Shown here piece after piece: positions 1-11,688 of a DNA stretch of 64,000 nucleotides (its first letter is position 1; every line of letters starts with the position of its first letter). Origin of the DNA: the human T2T-CHM13v2.0 reference genome, Homo sapiens. Location: the NCBI RefSeq assembly GCF_009914755.1, contig NC_060943.1. One strand, written 5' to 3'. Under the pieces are notes generated by a model. That model did no database searches. It had not been told where the DNA came from and saw only the letters and a program-made list of their open reading frames with translations. A program made the translations under genes and the position numbers.

Positions 1-368
1 CATTACATTTGGTAGGCACTTGAGTATTTCCTGAACAACTTCAATCCACACTGGTCCTTAGTGTGTGCTGCCTTTTATGAGTGTGAAGATGATGACACTG
101 CCTCTCTTCATGGTGGCCTTGGCTGACATATGCAGGCATTCTTGTCACCGAAATTGGGCTGGAAATTCCCATAGGCAGAGTAGGCAGCAGAAGTATCTGA
201 CCTATGATTGTAATGTGGTCTCTTGCTTTGCCTGACCAAGCAAAGTATGTAGAGCATAAGAATAAAAGACACTTTCTGGTCAAAACCAGAAGAAATCTGT
301 CATTCAAAAGAGTTCTTATCAGAGCACTTAAAGTGAACTAAATCAAAGGCCAGTGCTCTATTTTGCAT

Positions 369-534
369 ATTTACATAGAAAGACTCTTAAGTTATGTGGA
401 GATAGACCTTTGCCCGACCAACTGGAAGAGATTGTCATGGGAGCCATTCTTCTCACCTCCAAAGTTTGGAAAGATGTGACTATATGGAATAGGGAATACT
501 GCAGGCTCTTTGTGAACACTAGCATTAAAGACAT
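369..534 (+). pseudogene. Cyclin-Y-like exon (cyclin box), frameshifted
   Basis: Frame from 369 reads IYIERLLSYVEIDLCPTNWK. After a 1-nt deletion near 429-431 it continues as IVMGAILLTSKVWKDVTIWNREYCRLFVNTSIKDM (CCNY: [56 protein letters not shown]). Donor GTGAGT at 535; acceptor position reads ttttgcAT instead of AG. Confidence 0.9.
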
Positions 535-1629
535 GTGAGTTTCTAAGGTTTTTGTGAACTTTCTAACCATTTTCATTACCTTATTTGCTCCCATAAATGT
601 AACACTTTAAGACATATTTTTAAAGGCTACAGTGTGCAGATAAGGAAAACACATAAAACCACATACTTCTTTATATCCAGCTTTAGTATAAAAGTTCATA
701 TCTTTTCACTGTTAATGGGTAGGTCTTGGTGAGTTACTGTTGTAATAATCTGCTCTGCTCATACATGGAAAAGTATTTTTCTGGTGGTTTTTGGCAAATA
801 CTTCACAAGTGCACTACCAGAACACCATAGCACAGTAAATATCTTTATGGCTTTTTAGAAGCTGTCTGTAAGTTCCAGTCTCTTTTTAAGGGACACATGT
901 CTGGCTGTTGAAATAATTGGCCACTCTTAAGGTCTAGGGCCTCTGGACTATGGAGAAGTTATAGCCTCAGCCTCAGTCACACATTGTGTATTTGCTTTTG
1001 CTGATGTTTTCTCCCTTATATTTAAATGTCTGTTTTTTTATAGAAAACTTGAGATGCAGAATAGCCACAGATCCCTGTGCCCTCCCCATTAGGAGTGTTG
1101 CATGTGTTTAGAAATTGGGTTGATGAGTTTGCTGCTCCAGTGTTTCCTTGAGGCAGTATGCAAAAAATTGCCCAGGCATCACACAATGCCCACCACACTC
1201 AAGAGGCTCCTGGGGCACTCATACAACCACAGCAGCAATCTGTGGGACTTGAGTTACCAAGGAGAGTGCGAGAAATCTTGCTGAGTCATGGGGTTGCTCA
1301 TAGACGGTGCCAACATGATACTGAAACATGGGCTTCATGGGGGCTTTCTTCCAGTCTGGCCTTACGACTGTTGTAAAGGGAAGAGCCTTGGAGCTTGTAA
1401 GCAGGGTGAGCTAGGGAAGCATTTCCACCAAACACTCTAGTAATGTCCACAGGACAGTGAGAATAGCTATATGGGTGACACTTAAGAAAATATAAAGGGA
1501 CACCTGTTGCTGTCGTTGAGCAGCATATGAAGAACAATATCATGACAGGCAGTGGCAAGAGTTTGTTTTTTTACATTTGCCCGTTACTCCAGATAAGACT
1601 GCCATCCAGAATGTATGTGATCACAAAAG

Positions 1630-4600
1630 TAGAGCTTGATGGCTGATTAGAAGTCTCTGCCAATTGTTCTCCTCATAAGAATAACAAATTGAGTAACTAT
1701 CTAAATAAAAAACACCTTTATTAGAACTAAAAATAGCTAAATAATTATAGTACCTGGTTTAAACTTTGTATCACTGAAAAAGGCAGTGAACACGGTAGGA
1801 AAGACAGTCTTGAGTTGCTGATGCCAGCCCTCCCTTATGTCCTAGCATTGGCCATGTGACAAGAAGAGAATCTGCATGCTTGGGGAAGGGAGAGCACAGC
1901 AGTGTGAGACTTTGCATTGAACTCAGTGCTGCGTTGTCATAGCAGAAAGCAAAACTGGGCTGAACTCAGCCAGTGCCCACCCACGGATGGAACATTTCTA
2001 GCCCTAGCCTGAAGGGAATCACCCATCCCAGTGGCTGAAAACTGAGTTGTGGAAAGCCTCACTGCTGTGGGATAAAGTATTCTGGGGTCCTTAATAAACT
2101 TGAAAGACTGTCTAGGCCACAAGGACCGCAACTCTTAGGCAAGTCTGAGTGTTGTGCTGGGCTTGGAGCCGGTGTATTTGGGGGGCATGTGACCTAGAGA
2201 GACAGCAGATGGGGCAGCCCAGGGAGTGCTGTACCACCCCTCCTTCAATCTTAGGCAGTGTAGCTCACAGCTCTGACAGAGACCTCTTTCTTCTGCTTGA
2301 GAAGAGTAAAGAGTAAAGAGGACTTTGTCTTGCAACTTGGATACTAGCTCAGCCACAGTAGGAGAGGGCACTGGTCAGAGTCATGAGGCTCCCATTTTGG
2401 GTCCTAGCTTTTGGATAATACCTCTAGACAAACCCTGGGCCAGAAGGGAACCTGCTGCCTTGAAGGGAAGGAATCAGTAAGGGCAGGATTCATCACTTTC
2501 TGACTAAAGAGCTCTTGGACCCTGAATAATCAGCAGTGGTAAGCAGGTAGTACATGTCATGGGTCTTTAGTGAGCCTCAGAGATCTGCTGGCTTCATGTG
2601 TGACCCAGCACATTCCAAACTGTGGTGGTTATGAGGAGAGACAACTTCTGCTTGAGAAAATCTGAGGGAAGAGTACAGAGGACTTTGTCTTGAGCTTAGA
2701 CACCAGAGCAGCCACAGTGGAGAAAAGCACCAAGTGGGCTGTTGGGGTCCCTGATTCAGGCCTTGGCTCTTGGATGGCATCTCTGGGCTTTCCCTGGGCC
2801 AGAAGGGAGCCCACTGCTCTGACGAGTGAGTTCCAGGCCAGGCAGCATTCACCACAAGCTGACTGAGAGCCCTTGGGCCTTAGTGAACATCAGTGGTGAC
2901 CTGGCAGTACACCCCAGGGGATTGTGATGCTGGTGAACATGGGGACAGACTACTCTGCCTGGGTAATGGGGAAGGAAGAGTGGAAAGGTGTTTGATGGTT
3001 TTAGTGCCAGCTCAGTCACAGTAAAACAGAGCACCAGGTGGATTTCTAAGGTTTATAACCCCAGCCCTAGCCCCCAGACAGCACCTCTGAACCCATCCAG
3101 GGGCCGGGGGAACTTACTACACTTAAGTGAAGGACAGAAGGTTCTCTGGCTTCACTACCTGCTAATTGTAGAGCCTTGGGGCTTACTGCAAAATAGCTGG
3201 CAGCCAGGGAGTTGTTACAGTAGAGGCCTTGGGCAGTAACAGTGCTGTGTGGGCTTCAGATCAGACCCAGTGCTGTCCTAGGTGTAGTGGCCACAGGGGT
3301 GCTTGTATCACTCATCTTCGAACTCCAGAAAGCTCAGCACAGAGAGACTCTTTTTGTTTGGGGGAAAGTAAGAGAAGAAATGAGTCTCTGGCTGCTAATG
3401 CAGAGAATTCTTCCAGATCAAATCCGAGATCACTAATGTGCTACCTCTACATATCTGCAAGAACCAATGACATTCTTCATAGACATAGAAATAGAAAAGA
3501 CAATCCTAAAATTTATATGGAACCACGAAAGACACAGAATATTCAAAGCTATTCTCAGGAAAAAACGAAAAAAACAAAACAGAAGGAGTCACATTGTTTG
3601 AATAGAAATGATACTCTACAACTATAGTAACCAGAACAGCATGGCACTGGCATGAGAACAGACACATAGACCAATGAGACAGAAGAGAAAACTCAGAAAC
3701 AAATCCATAAGTCCACAGTGAACTCACTTTCAACAAAGATGCCAATAATACACAATGGGGAAAGGATGGTGTCTTCAATAAATGGTGCTGGGGAAACTGG
3801 ATATCCATATGCAGAAGAATGAAACTAGTTTTTCTCATCTTATACAAAAATCAAATCAAAATGCATTGAAGATTTAAATTTAAGACCTCAAACTATGAAA
3901 CTAAAATAAGAGATTAGGAATATTCTTGAAGACATTGGACTGGAAAAAGATTTTTTAATACTCCATAAGCACAGGCAGCCAAAACAAAAATGGGCAAATG
4001 AAGTCACATCAAGTTAAAAAGCTTATGCACAGCAAAGGAAACAACAAAGTGAAGAGACAACCCACAGACTGGGAAAAGATATTTGCAAACTATCTGGATT
4101 AATTACCAGAATATATGAGAAGTGCAAACAACTCTGTAGGAAAAAAACTAATAATCTGATTTAAAAATGGGCAAAAGATCTGAATAAACATTTCTCAAAA
4201 GAAGACACATTAGCTGCTGATGGAAAATGCTTCTGGTTCCTGCTACAAGGGAGGCCTGGATGGGAAAATTACCTGTGCTCAGGAGGTCAAGGCTGTGGTG
4301 AGCTGTGATTGTGCCACTCTCCAACCTGGGTAATAGGGTGAGGATCTGTTTCAAAACTTTAAAATATACATACAAATGGCAAACAGATATACGAAAAGAT
4401 ACTCAACATTATTAATCATCAGAAATTCAAACCAACACTACAGTGAGACATCCATCTCACCTCACTTAGAATTACTTTTATCCAAAAGACACGCAATAAC
4501 AAACACTGGATAGGATATGGGGAAAAGGGAACAGTCGTACACTGTTAGTGGGAATGTAAATTAGTACAACCCCTATGGAGAACAGTTTGGGGGTCTTCAA

Positions 4601-5322
4601 AACTAAAAATAGAGCTACAATATGATCCAGCAATCCCACTGCTGGCTATATACACAAAAGAATGGAACTCAGTATATCAGAGATAAGAGATACCTGCACT
4701 CTCATGTATGTTGCAGCACTATTTACAATAGCTAAGATTTAGAAGCATCCCGAGTGTCCATCAACAGATGAGTGGATAAAGAAAAGGTACATGTACACAA
4801 TGGAATACTATTCAGCCTTAAAAAATAATGAGATTCTGTTATTTGCAATAACAACATGGATGGAAATGGAGTATAATGAAATGGAGTATTAACTCATTAT
4901 GTTAAGTGAAATAACCCAGGCACAGAAAGACAAACTTCCCATGTTATCACTTTTTATGGGAGCTAAATGTTGAAACAATTTTACTTGTGCAGATAGAGAG
5001 TAGAAGAATTGTTACCAGAGGCTGGTAAAGGTAGTATGGGGGATGGGGAGTAAGAAGTAATTGTTAATGGGTACAAAAATGTATTTAGAATAAGATCTAG
5101 TATTTGATAGCGCAACAGGGTGACTATAGTCAGTAATTATTTAATTGTACATTTAATAATAATGAAAAGATTATAATTAGATTATTTGTAACACAAAGGA
5201 CAAATGTGTGATGGATACTTCATTTACCTTGGTAGGATTAGTACACATCGTTGGCCTGTATCAAAATATCCTATACACCCTATGAATATATAAAGCTATA
5301 ATGTATGCACAATTTTTAAAAA
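1630..5322 (+). mobile_element. L1MA-type LINE-1 with large internal deletion (5' UTR joined to 3' ORF2 and 3' UTR)
   Basis: L1M 5' UTR with sub-repeats at ~1630-3465; ORF2 C-terminal sequence from ~3465 (PKFIWNH-like, ttcaataaatggtgctggg); L1MA 3' UTR (gatctagtatttgatagc..cagggtgactatagtc) ending in an A-run at ~5322. Confidence 0.85.
4210..4357 (+). mobile_element. Old Alu monomer (FRAM/AluJ right arm) inserted in the L1
   Basis: caggaggtcaaggctgtggtgagctgtgattgtgccact..cctggg interrupting L1 ORF2 at gaagacaca|tacaaatggc. Confidence 0.75.
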
Positions 5323-5335
5323 AGACTATCATTCG

Positions 5336-5642
5336 TCCAGGCTCGGTGGCTTACGCCTGTAATCCCAGCACTTTGGGAGGCCGAGGCAGGCGGATCATGG
5401 GGTCAGGAGATCGAGACCATCCTGGCTAACACAGTCAAATCCCATCTCTACTAAAAATACAAAAAATTAGCCGGGCATGGTGGTGGACACCTGTAGTCCC
5501 AGCTGCTTGGGAGGCTGAGGAAAGCCGTGAACCCAGGAGGCGGAGCTTGCAGTGAGCCAAGATCTCACCACTGCGCTCCAGCCTGGGTGACAGAGCGAGA
5601 CTTCATCCCCCGCCCCCCCCCCCCCCCCCCCCGCCAAAAAAA
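5336..5642 (+). mobile_element. AluY with poly-C-invaded tail
   Basis: Diagnostic atcgagaccatcctggctaac and cgtgaacccaggaggcggagcttgcag; TSD aaaaaa(g/a)ctatcattc on both sides. Confidence 0.93.
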
Positions 5643-6946
5643 GGCTATCATTCAGAATTACTACACTGTGCATAATATACAATTGAAGTGAGGATGTTGT
5701 GACTAACAAAAGACTAGTGACTGTTGGTTGCTGTTGAAATGGCTGTTGGTGAAAATGACCACTTTGCTGATAGTATAAACGAGTGATGATGGTGATGTTG
5801 CTAGTAGCCATTTTAGCAAAAGATGTGACAGAAAATTAATTTGAAACAGAAGTACTTTGAAAGTTGCAGACACTAAACTGACTTTGATCACTACTGTCAT
5901 CAGTCTGCAGACTGATTTCTCAAAGGAAACAAAATTTGTCATTATGAACACTTAGCTTTGCTATAATTGCAGCTAAATTATTCTCAAAACTTGCAACTAA
6001 GCTGGCTGAGCTCTAGTTGTAGTTACAAGGTCAGGGAATGTGCAAGTTCTCACAGACGTGAGCTCCAGGGGCAGTGGTGTCAGAGGCCTGCTGTAAGAAA
6101 CCCAGTTCTACACAATGCTGTTTGTGAATGTGGAAGCATCAGAAGCTATGCTCTGCAAAGGCTGCTTTTGTTTATGATCTTTGGAAACTGGAAAGCATTA
6201 CAACAAAGTGTTGAATATACATTTACCTTGTCTCCCTGCTGTTGATTATGCATAATAATCTTGTTTTGACTGTAAATTGGACCATTTAAAAATGAGTGTC
6301 TATTGGGTTTTTCTTAAAACTCTTCAACATCTTCATGTCTTGTTGGAATATATTTTCCTTCAAAATATCAGTTAAACTGAGCAGCTGCTCTTAAGAAAAT
6401 TTGCTGTGCCTGTAAAGGGTATGCTGTTCAGTCATTTAAAAAAAATAAACAAAAAAAACTAAGAAGATCCATATCCTGTAGGCCTATGCTTATCTTCAGT
6501 AACTAAACCTCTATTAATAGGTGTAATAATTTAATAAAATATTGTATTTCTACACAGTCAAAATGTGTTCATGGAAAAATGTGAGATAATATAAAACAAA
6601 TAAATACAAAAGTCCTGATTAGCTGATTATTAAAACATTGTCTGATTTACATTTCTATAGCCTTACGGTCATATGAACAGGAAATTGATGTTGGAAATAG
6701 TTTCAGATGGGTTTTCAGTTAAACAGATGAGAAAACTACATCTCTGCTCATATTTTAACTGCTCTTCCAGAGAACATCAAACATTTGTTGACTTAGCCAG
6801 TGGATAAGATATTAAAACTTTAAAACCAAGAAACTAAATATGTTGTTCAGGTATTGATTGTTTTTATACAATTAAGTCTTTACAGGGATTACTGTGAAAG
6901 TGGTTCTATATTATTTTATATTCATTTGTTTAAACATTTAACAAGA

Positions 6947-7245
6947 AGCCAGGTACACTGGCTCACACCTATAATTCCAGCACTTTTGGAGGCCAAGGTA
7001 AGAGGATCACTTGAGCACAGAAGTTTGAGACCAGCTTGGGCAACAAAGACCCTGTCTTTAATTGAATTTTTCCTTTAAATTAGCCCAGCTCAGTGGCATG
7101 AGCCTGTAGTCGCAGTGACTTGAAAGGCTTAGGTAAATGGATTGCTTGAGCCCGGGAGTTTGAGGCTGGTGTTAGCTAGGATCATGTCACTGCACTTTAG
7201 CCTAAGTGACAGACTGAGACCCTGTTTCTTAACAAAAAAAAAAAA
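6947..7245 (+). mobile_element. AluJ
   Basis: Diverged dimeric Alu (gaggatcacttgag, ggattgcttgagcccggg) with A tail. Confidence 0.9.
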
Positions 7246-9086
7246 TAGGCAAGGGCAGCTCTATGATCATGTGACAGAAGGCTGTTCTCAGCCTTTATCT
7301 CTCCCACTGCCTTCAACTCATCCCCCACATTCTGTTCTGTCTGTGGGTGACAGAAGCTGAGCACCTTAGGGTTTTATTTCCAGCTCAGGAGAAACACTGA
7401 GTAAGTCCAGTGCCCTGCCAGAAGTCATATCATAAAGTGAGTTTAGTCTAGCCAAGATGTCTCTCTTTAATCTCTCTGCCTTCCAGTGTTTAAAGAGTAT
7501 TCCTGTCCTGTCTAGTGACAGTTTCTCACCTTCATAATTTCAAGGTGAGTAGAAACTGGCGTTATGCCCTTTGACATAGCCTCATGCACTGAGGCAGAGG
7601 GGAGGGATTCCCTTTCCCATCAAATGTAGCTTATGTATGTATTTGAGACCAATCCTTGTTGTTTTGGAGTTTTTCCTCCTCAGAAATAACAGGGTGGCTC
7701 TCCATGGATCCATTTGTTGCCATGGTGTTGTACCCATGGCTTTTGTTGGTGTTTTTTGACTTCAGTAAGCCTCTTTTTGTTATCCTTGTGAAAAAGTCTG
7801 CAAGTTCTTCAGAGCTAATAAATGGCATTCATCATTCCTGTCATCTGATCACTGTTGTGGGGCCTTGTGAGTGAGCATGGAGTCTGAGCTGTGCACCTGC
7901 ACTAAGGGAACTCTCAAGAATGAGCCCCGAGTCAGCAGCACATATGCATGAGAGGTGGTCACCTTTCTCCCCATCCCAGAGTCAGGGTGCTGGATGCAGA
8001 AGGGACTGCAAGCAACTGTGCCTTGTTTGGACATTAGCATAGGAATCCAACTGGGTAGCCTTTATTTGTTTCAAAACAGAATTTAGAGACATCCTAGTAG
8101 CTCAGAATTATATTTTTAAATGAATAGAAATAAATTTTATTAAATGACAACAGAAAAAAACCACTACATGTTTAGTACATGAACTAAACTTATGTAGTAT
8201 TGTTTGAAGGGTATCTACAAAATTCTCACCCTAATGTTTTCTTGCAAAAGAAGTGAAAATATAAAGTGAAGAGACATTCTGTAACAAGGAACCACTGAGA
8301 AACACAAAATATTTAAAAGTCATATAAAATTTATGTGCATTTTTGAGGATTATAAAATAATCAGTTGGCATCAGACTTTTCATTTTAGCAACATTTATAG
8401 AATTATTTTCTAGTGGGAGTTTTCACACAACTTTTGAAAAATATGTTAAAATTGAAAACTTTCTTGTATTTTGTAAACTACTGAGGTTCCAATTCAGGGT
8501 GCTTTTTTTATATTTATAAGGTCCATCTCTACAGCATGTAATATCATGGGTCTTTGAGTGAATATCAACTAAAGGCATTCTGACATTCTGTACATTCATA
8601 GGTTTTACCTCAGAAATGAGTTTTTTCTTGTCTTCAGGTGGAACTGGAACGAGTAAAACACTACCATATGTTTGTATTTATAAGGCTTTTCTTCATTGAA
8701 CCCTTTTATGTTTTCAAAGAGAAATGACAAAAACCGAAGGCTTTACCATGTTTCTTAAAATTTTGTGGTTTTTCTCCATTTTAAATCCTAAAATGTCTTT
8801 AAAAGCAAGTGGGAAAATCAAGTTTATTATCACATGTTTTACATTTATGCTTTTCCCCCAGTATGAGTTTTTCTAAGTTTTCAAAGAGAACTGAGAAAAT
8901 TCCAGGCTTTCCCATATTTATTACATAATAGGGTTTCTCTCTAGTGTGTGCTTTTTCATGTGTTCTTAAAGAACTAGAACTTATAATTGCTTTATCACAT
9001 TTCTTACATCAGAATAATGTTTTTGAAGATAGCCCAGTGGACTAACATTGTCCCATGTTGGTTTTCTTGTGTTTCTCCTCCCACAG

Positions 9087-9249
9087 GAATGAGCTTGAAA
9101 GACAGTTTTTGCAGCTAATTGACTATAACGTCGAAGTTTCTGGAAGTGTTTATGCCAAGTACTATTTTGATCTTCGATCCTTGGCAAAGGACAATAGCTT
9201 GCATTTTCCAGTTTATCTTCTCAACAAAGAAAGGGCACAGAACCTGGAA
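9087..9249 (+). pseudogene. Cyclin-Y-like penultimate exon, intact (163 nt)
   Basis: Polypyrimidine tract and ccacAG acceptor; [54 protein letters not shown]; donor GTAAGG at 9250; [14 protein letters not shown] matches cyclin Y. Confidence 0.93.
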
Positions 9250-10137
9250 GTAAGGCGATAAAGTCACTAAGGGGGGTTTTCTGTCAACCACCAAAGCCAA
9301 CATCTGTGACTAGATTAGATTAAGTAGTGATGAGAAAAATGAAAAGCTCCAAAATTAACTTACATACTGAAGAGCTTATTTCCTGTATCATTTATGGTTT
9401 ATACAAGAATCCACATTATTTAAATATTATAGATCTCTTCTGTGACCATAATTCAGAATATTTTTAACCAAATTTAATTCAGTCTTAGTGGTATTCTTTT
9501 TGAATCTTTGCCCTTTCAAGTAAGCATACATGAATAATTTCTTGCAATTCTATTTTAAATGATATCTGCATATGTAATGCACTTACCACTTTTGCCTGTT
9601 TTTTATTACTTAGTTTGCAAATTTATGTCATTTTTTATTGTATATATTACAGTGCAGCCAGTTCCATAAATTTGTTAGGCAAAGCATTAGTGCTTAAGCC
9701 AAGAGACCTACACTTAGTCTGTATAAGGTATGAGCGTCTCAGGTAGTGATGCAAGAAGTACATGTGTTTTACTGGAAATGGTAACTTTTGGGGGGCAAAG
9801 CAATATTTATGGTTTGTGACTTCTGGTTTCAGTTGTGAGCAAAGTTGCAACTGAAATGGATGCATATTTATAATTAGTACTTTCTGTGGTACCTTAGAAG
9901 TACTTTAGAATAACATACCTTCTACCATAATTAATGTGCCAGGTTCTGCCTTTTGCTGCTTTAGTCGTTCGACCTCTTTGATGTTCCAGTGCACTCCTGC
10001 ACACATCTGCTTCATTCAAATTTGCTTTGAGGATATAATAACTACTGCAGATGGGGTAGACTCTGAATAGATTAATAAACTATAAATTTTCCTTTGCTCC
10101 AGCAATCTAATCATAGCCCTTAAAGGAGATTACCTTA

Positions 10138-10246
10138 GTGAGGTGGCAGGGAGTAGCATCCCCGGAACCTGGCAGTGCGAACCTCAGCCAAAGGAGCTGT
10201 AACTGTGAACTATCTAAAGGAGCGTCTGCATGTCTGGCTTATCATC
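10138..10246 (+). repeat. Local direct repeat, copy 1
   Basis: About 105 bp closely similar to 13394-13492. Confidence 0.9.
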
Positions 10247-10317
10247 AATGGTGCTTGTTAAAAGGCTGGAGCCCTTTTTAAAATTGTACCTCTTTTCTGT
10301 TTCATTTACTTTCTTAG

Positions 10318-10418
10318 GCTATTTCAAGGATGGAAGACGCCAAAATCTTTTATAGTGAAGGTCCTTCAGCGCTGATAATTTCATTAATCTTCAGCGCTCT
10401 AAAGCCATTAACTCTTGA
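10318..10418 (+). pseudogene. Cyclin-Y-like last coding exon, frameshifted
   Basis: ttcttAG acceptor then AISRMED..; an alternative frame from 10359 reads RSFSADNFINLQRSKAINS* (TGA 10416-10418), matching the recalled CCNYL1 end RSFSADNFIGIQRSKAILS*. Confidence 0.88.
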
Positions 10419-11404
10419 AGGAAGAAATGAGGGGCTATATCATGTGAACCCCTCATCAAAAAAGTTCGGAAAATATTACCTCTCATGCTCAACAACTAGA
10501 AAAGTTAGTATTTTCAAAAGAAGAAAAATCTCAAAGTTGAGAGGCTTGTGGGCAACTAGGATTGCACTCCACAGGAAAAAAATGGGATCGTTGCAGTGCA
10601 ACAACTCTCGTACACTCTTCTGTCTTTTTAAACGTAAACAGGTATAAAAACTACTCCAAAGTGAAGACTTCTTGCCCATACATAGATATCTTTTTCTGTG
10701 TGTGGACTAATAGCTGTGAACTATGTAAGGGTTTTAAAACAATAGTTTAAATTTTTAGATTTCAGACATAATTTTCTGTTTCTTTTCTATTTTTCTTTTC
10801 CCCCAATATTGCTGCAGACACATTTAAAATAAATGCAGTATTACTATTAAAACATGGGACTGTAATAACTCATGAAGCCACTAGAAGCAGACCGCTCATT
10901 TTCAGGTGTTGAAGGGTTCTACCTGCCTACTTTTACCATCGGAGCTGCTCGTCACTGGCAATCATTTTAAACAAAAGCTGATGGAGTTCATTTGCCATTC
11001 ATATCTTTTGTAAGCATTACTTGCTAGCATTTTAGCATGTTTGGGGTCACAAAAGAAAAACTATTAGTTATTGGTTACCTACTTGTATTAGGGTCCATGG
11101 TATGTTTCTTATAAACTATAATGATCCTTTTGTGTGTGTGTGTGAATTTTATTTATTTATTTACTTATTTTTTATTTGCTGATAAATTTTCTTATTTGTT
11201 AAATAAATGTATTGAGAGATATTTTCATAATGCCAAACCACATGATGATCCAGTGGTGATATAAAAATAATAATAAGTGATGTGATCTGAAAGTTTCAGG
11301 GCAGATTCTAGTTTTAATGTAGTGTGCTTAGACCCTCCAGTGCACGGCAGCTTATGTATATATGCTATAAACCTTTATAAAATACCGTTCAAAAGTTTCA
11401 TAGT

Positions 11405-11580
11405 ATTTATTTTTTCTTTTTTATAAAAGATGGGGTCTTACTATGTTGCCCAGGCTAGAGTGTAATGGCTATTCAGAGGCACAATCATGACTCCACAGCC
11501 TGGAAATTCTGGCCTCAAGCAATCCTCCCATGTCAGCCTACCAAGTAGCTAGGACTATAGGTGTAGTACCACCACCTCTG
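11405..11580 (-). mobile_element. FAM-type Alu monomer
   Basis: Reverse complement reads gattgtgcctctgaatagccattacactctagcctgggcaacatag, including the FAM/7SL-derived gtgaatagcca segment. Confidence 0.75.
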
Positions 11581-11600
11581 GTTTTATTTTGCAAAAACTG

Positions 11601-11684
11601 AATATTAAGCTTTTAACTTTTTGTTTCAGTCAATATCTGCTGTCTCCAAGAAACGCTGAAACAAAAAATTAAAAGCTTAATATT
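11601..11684. ncRNA. Hairpin resembling pre-mir-4775 (29-bp arms, 26-nt loop)
   Basis: 11601-11629 and 11656-11684 are reverse complements at 28/29 positions. The sequence resembles the recalled hsa-mir-4775 precursor from the CCNYL1 3' UTR. Expression is not shown. Confidence 0.6.
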
Positions 11685-11688
11685 TAGG

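Larger units (their letters stand above)
369..10418 (+). pseudogene. 3' part (last three coding exons) of an unprocessed cyclin-Y-like pseudogene (CCNYL1-related paralogue)
   Basis: Three segments translate to cyclin Y cyclin-box and C-terminal sequence, with introns at the CCNY/CCNYL1 positions (..DM|NELERQF.. and ..LE|AISR..). Disabling lesions are present in the first and last exon. I cannot tell which CCNYL2-7 locus it is. Confidence 0.9.

Noticed and set aside
353-538. ORF-track 61-aa ORF as a standalone gene
   Set aside because: Its first 26 residues are the wrong frame of the frameshifted cyclin-Y-like exon, and it ends in the splice donor.
2280-3130. Three diverged ~310-360-bp repeats
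   Set aside because: Intrinsic sub-repeats of the L1M 5' UTR, not a separate array.
7631-8040. Minus-strand ORFs in the intron (MPFISSEELADFF..)
   Set aside because: No recognisable homology or splice structure; probably decayed repeat sequence.
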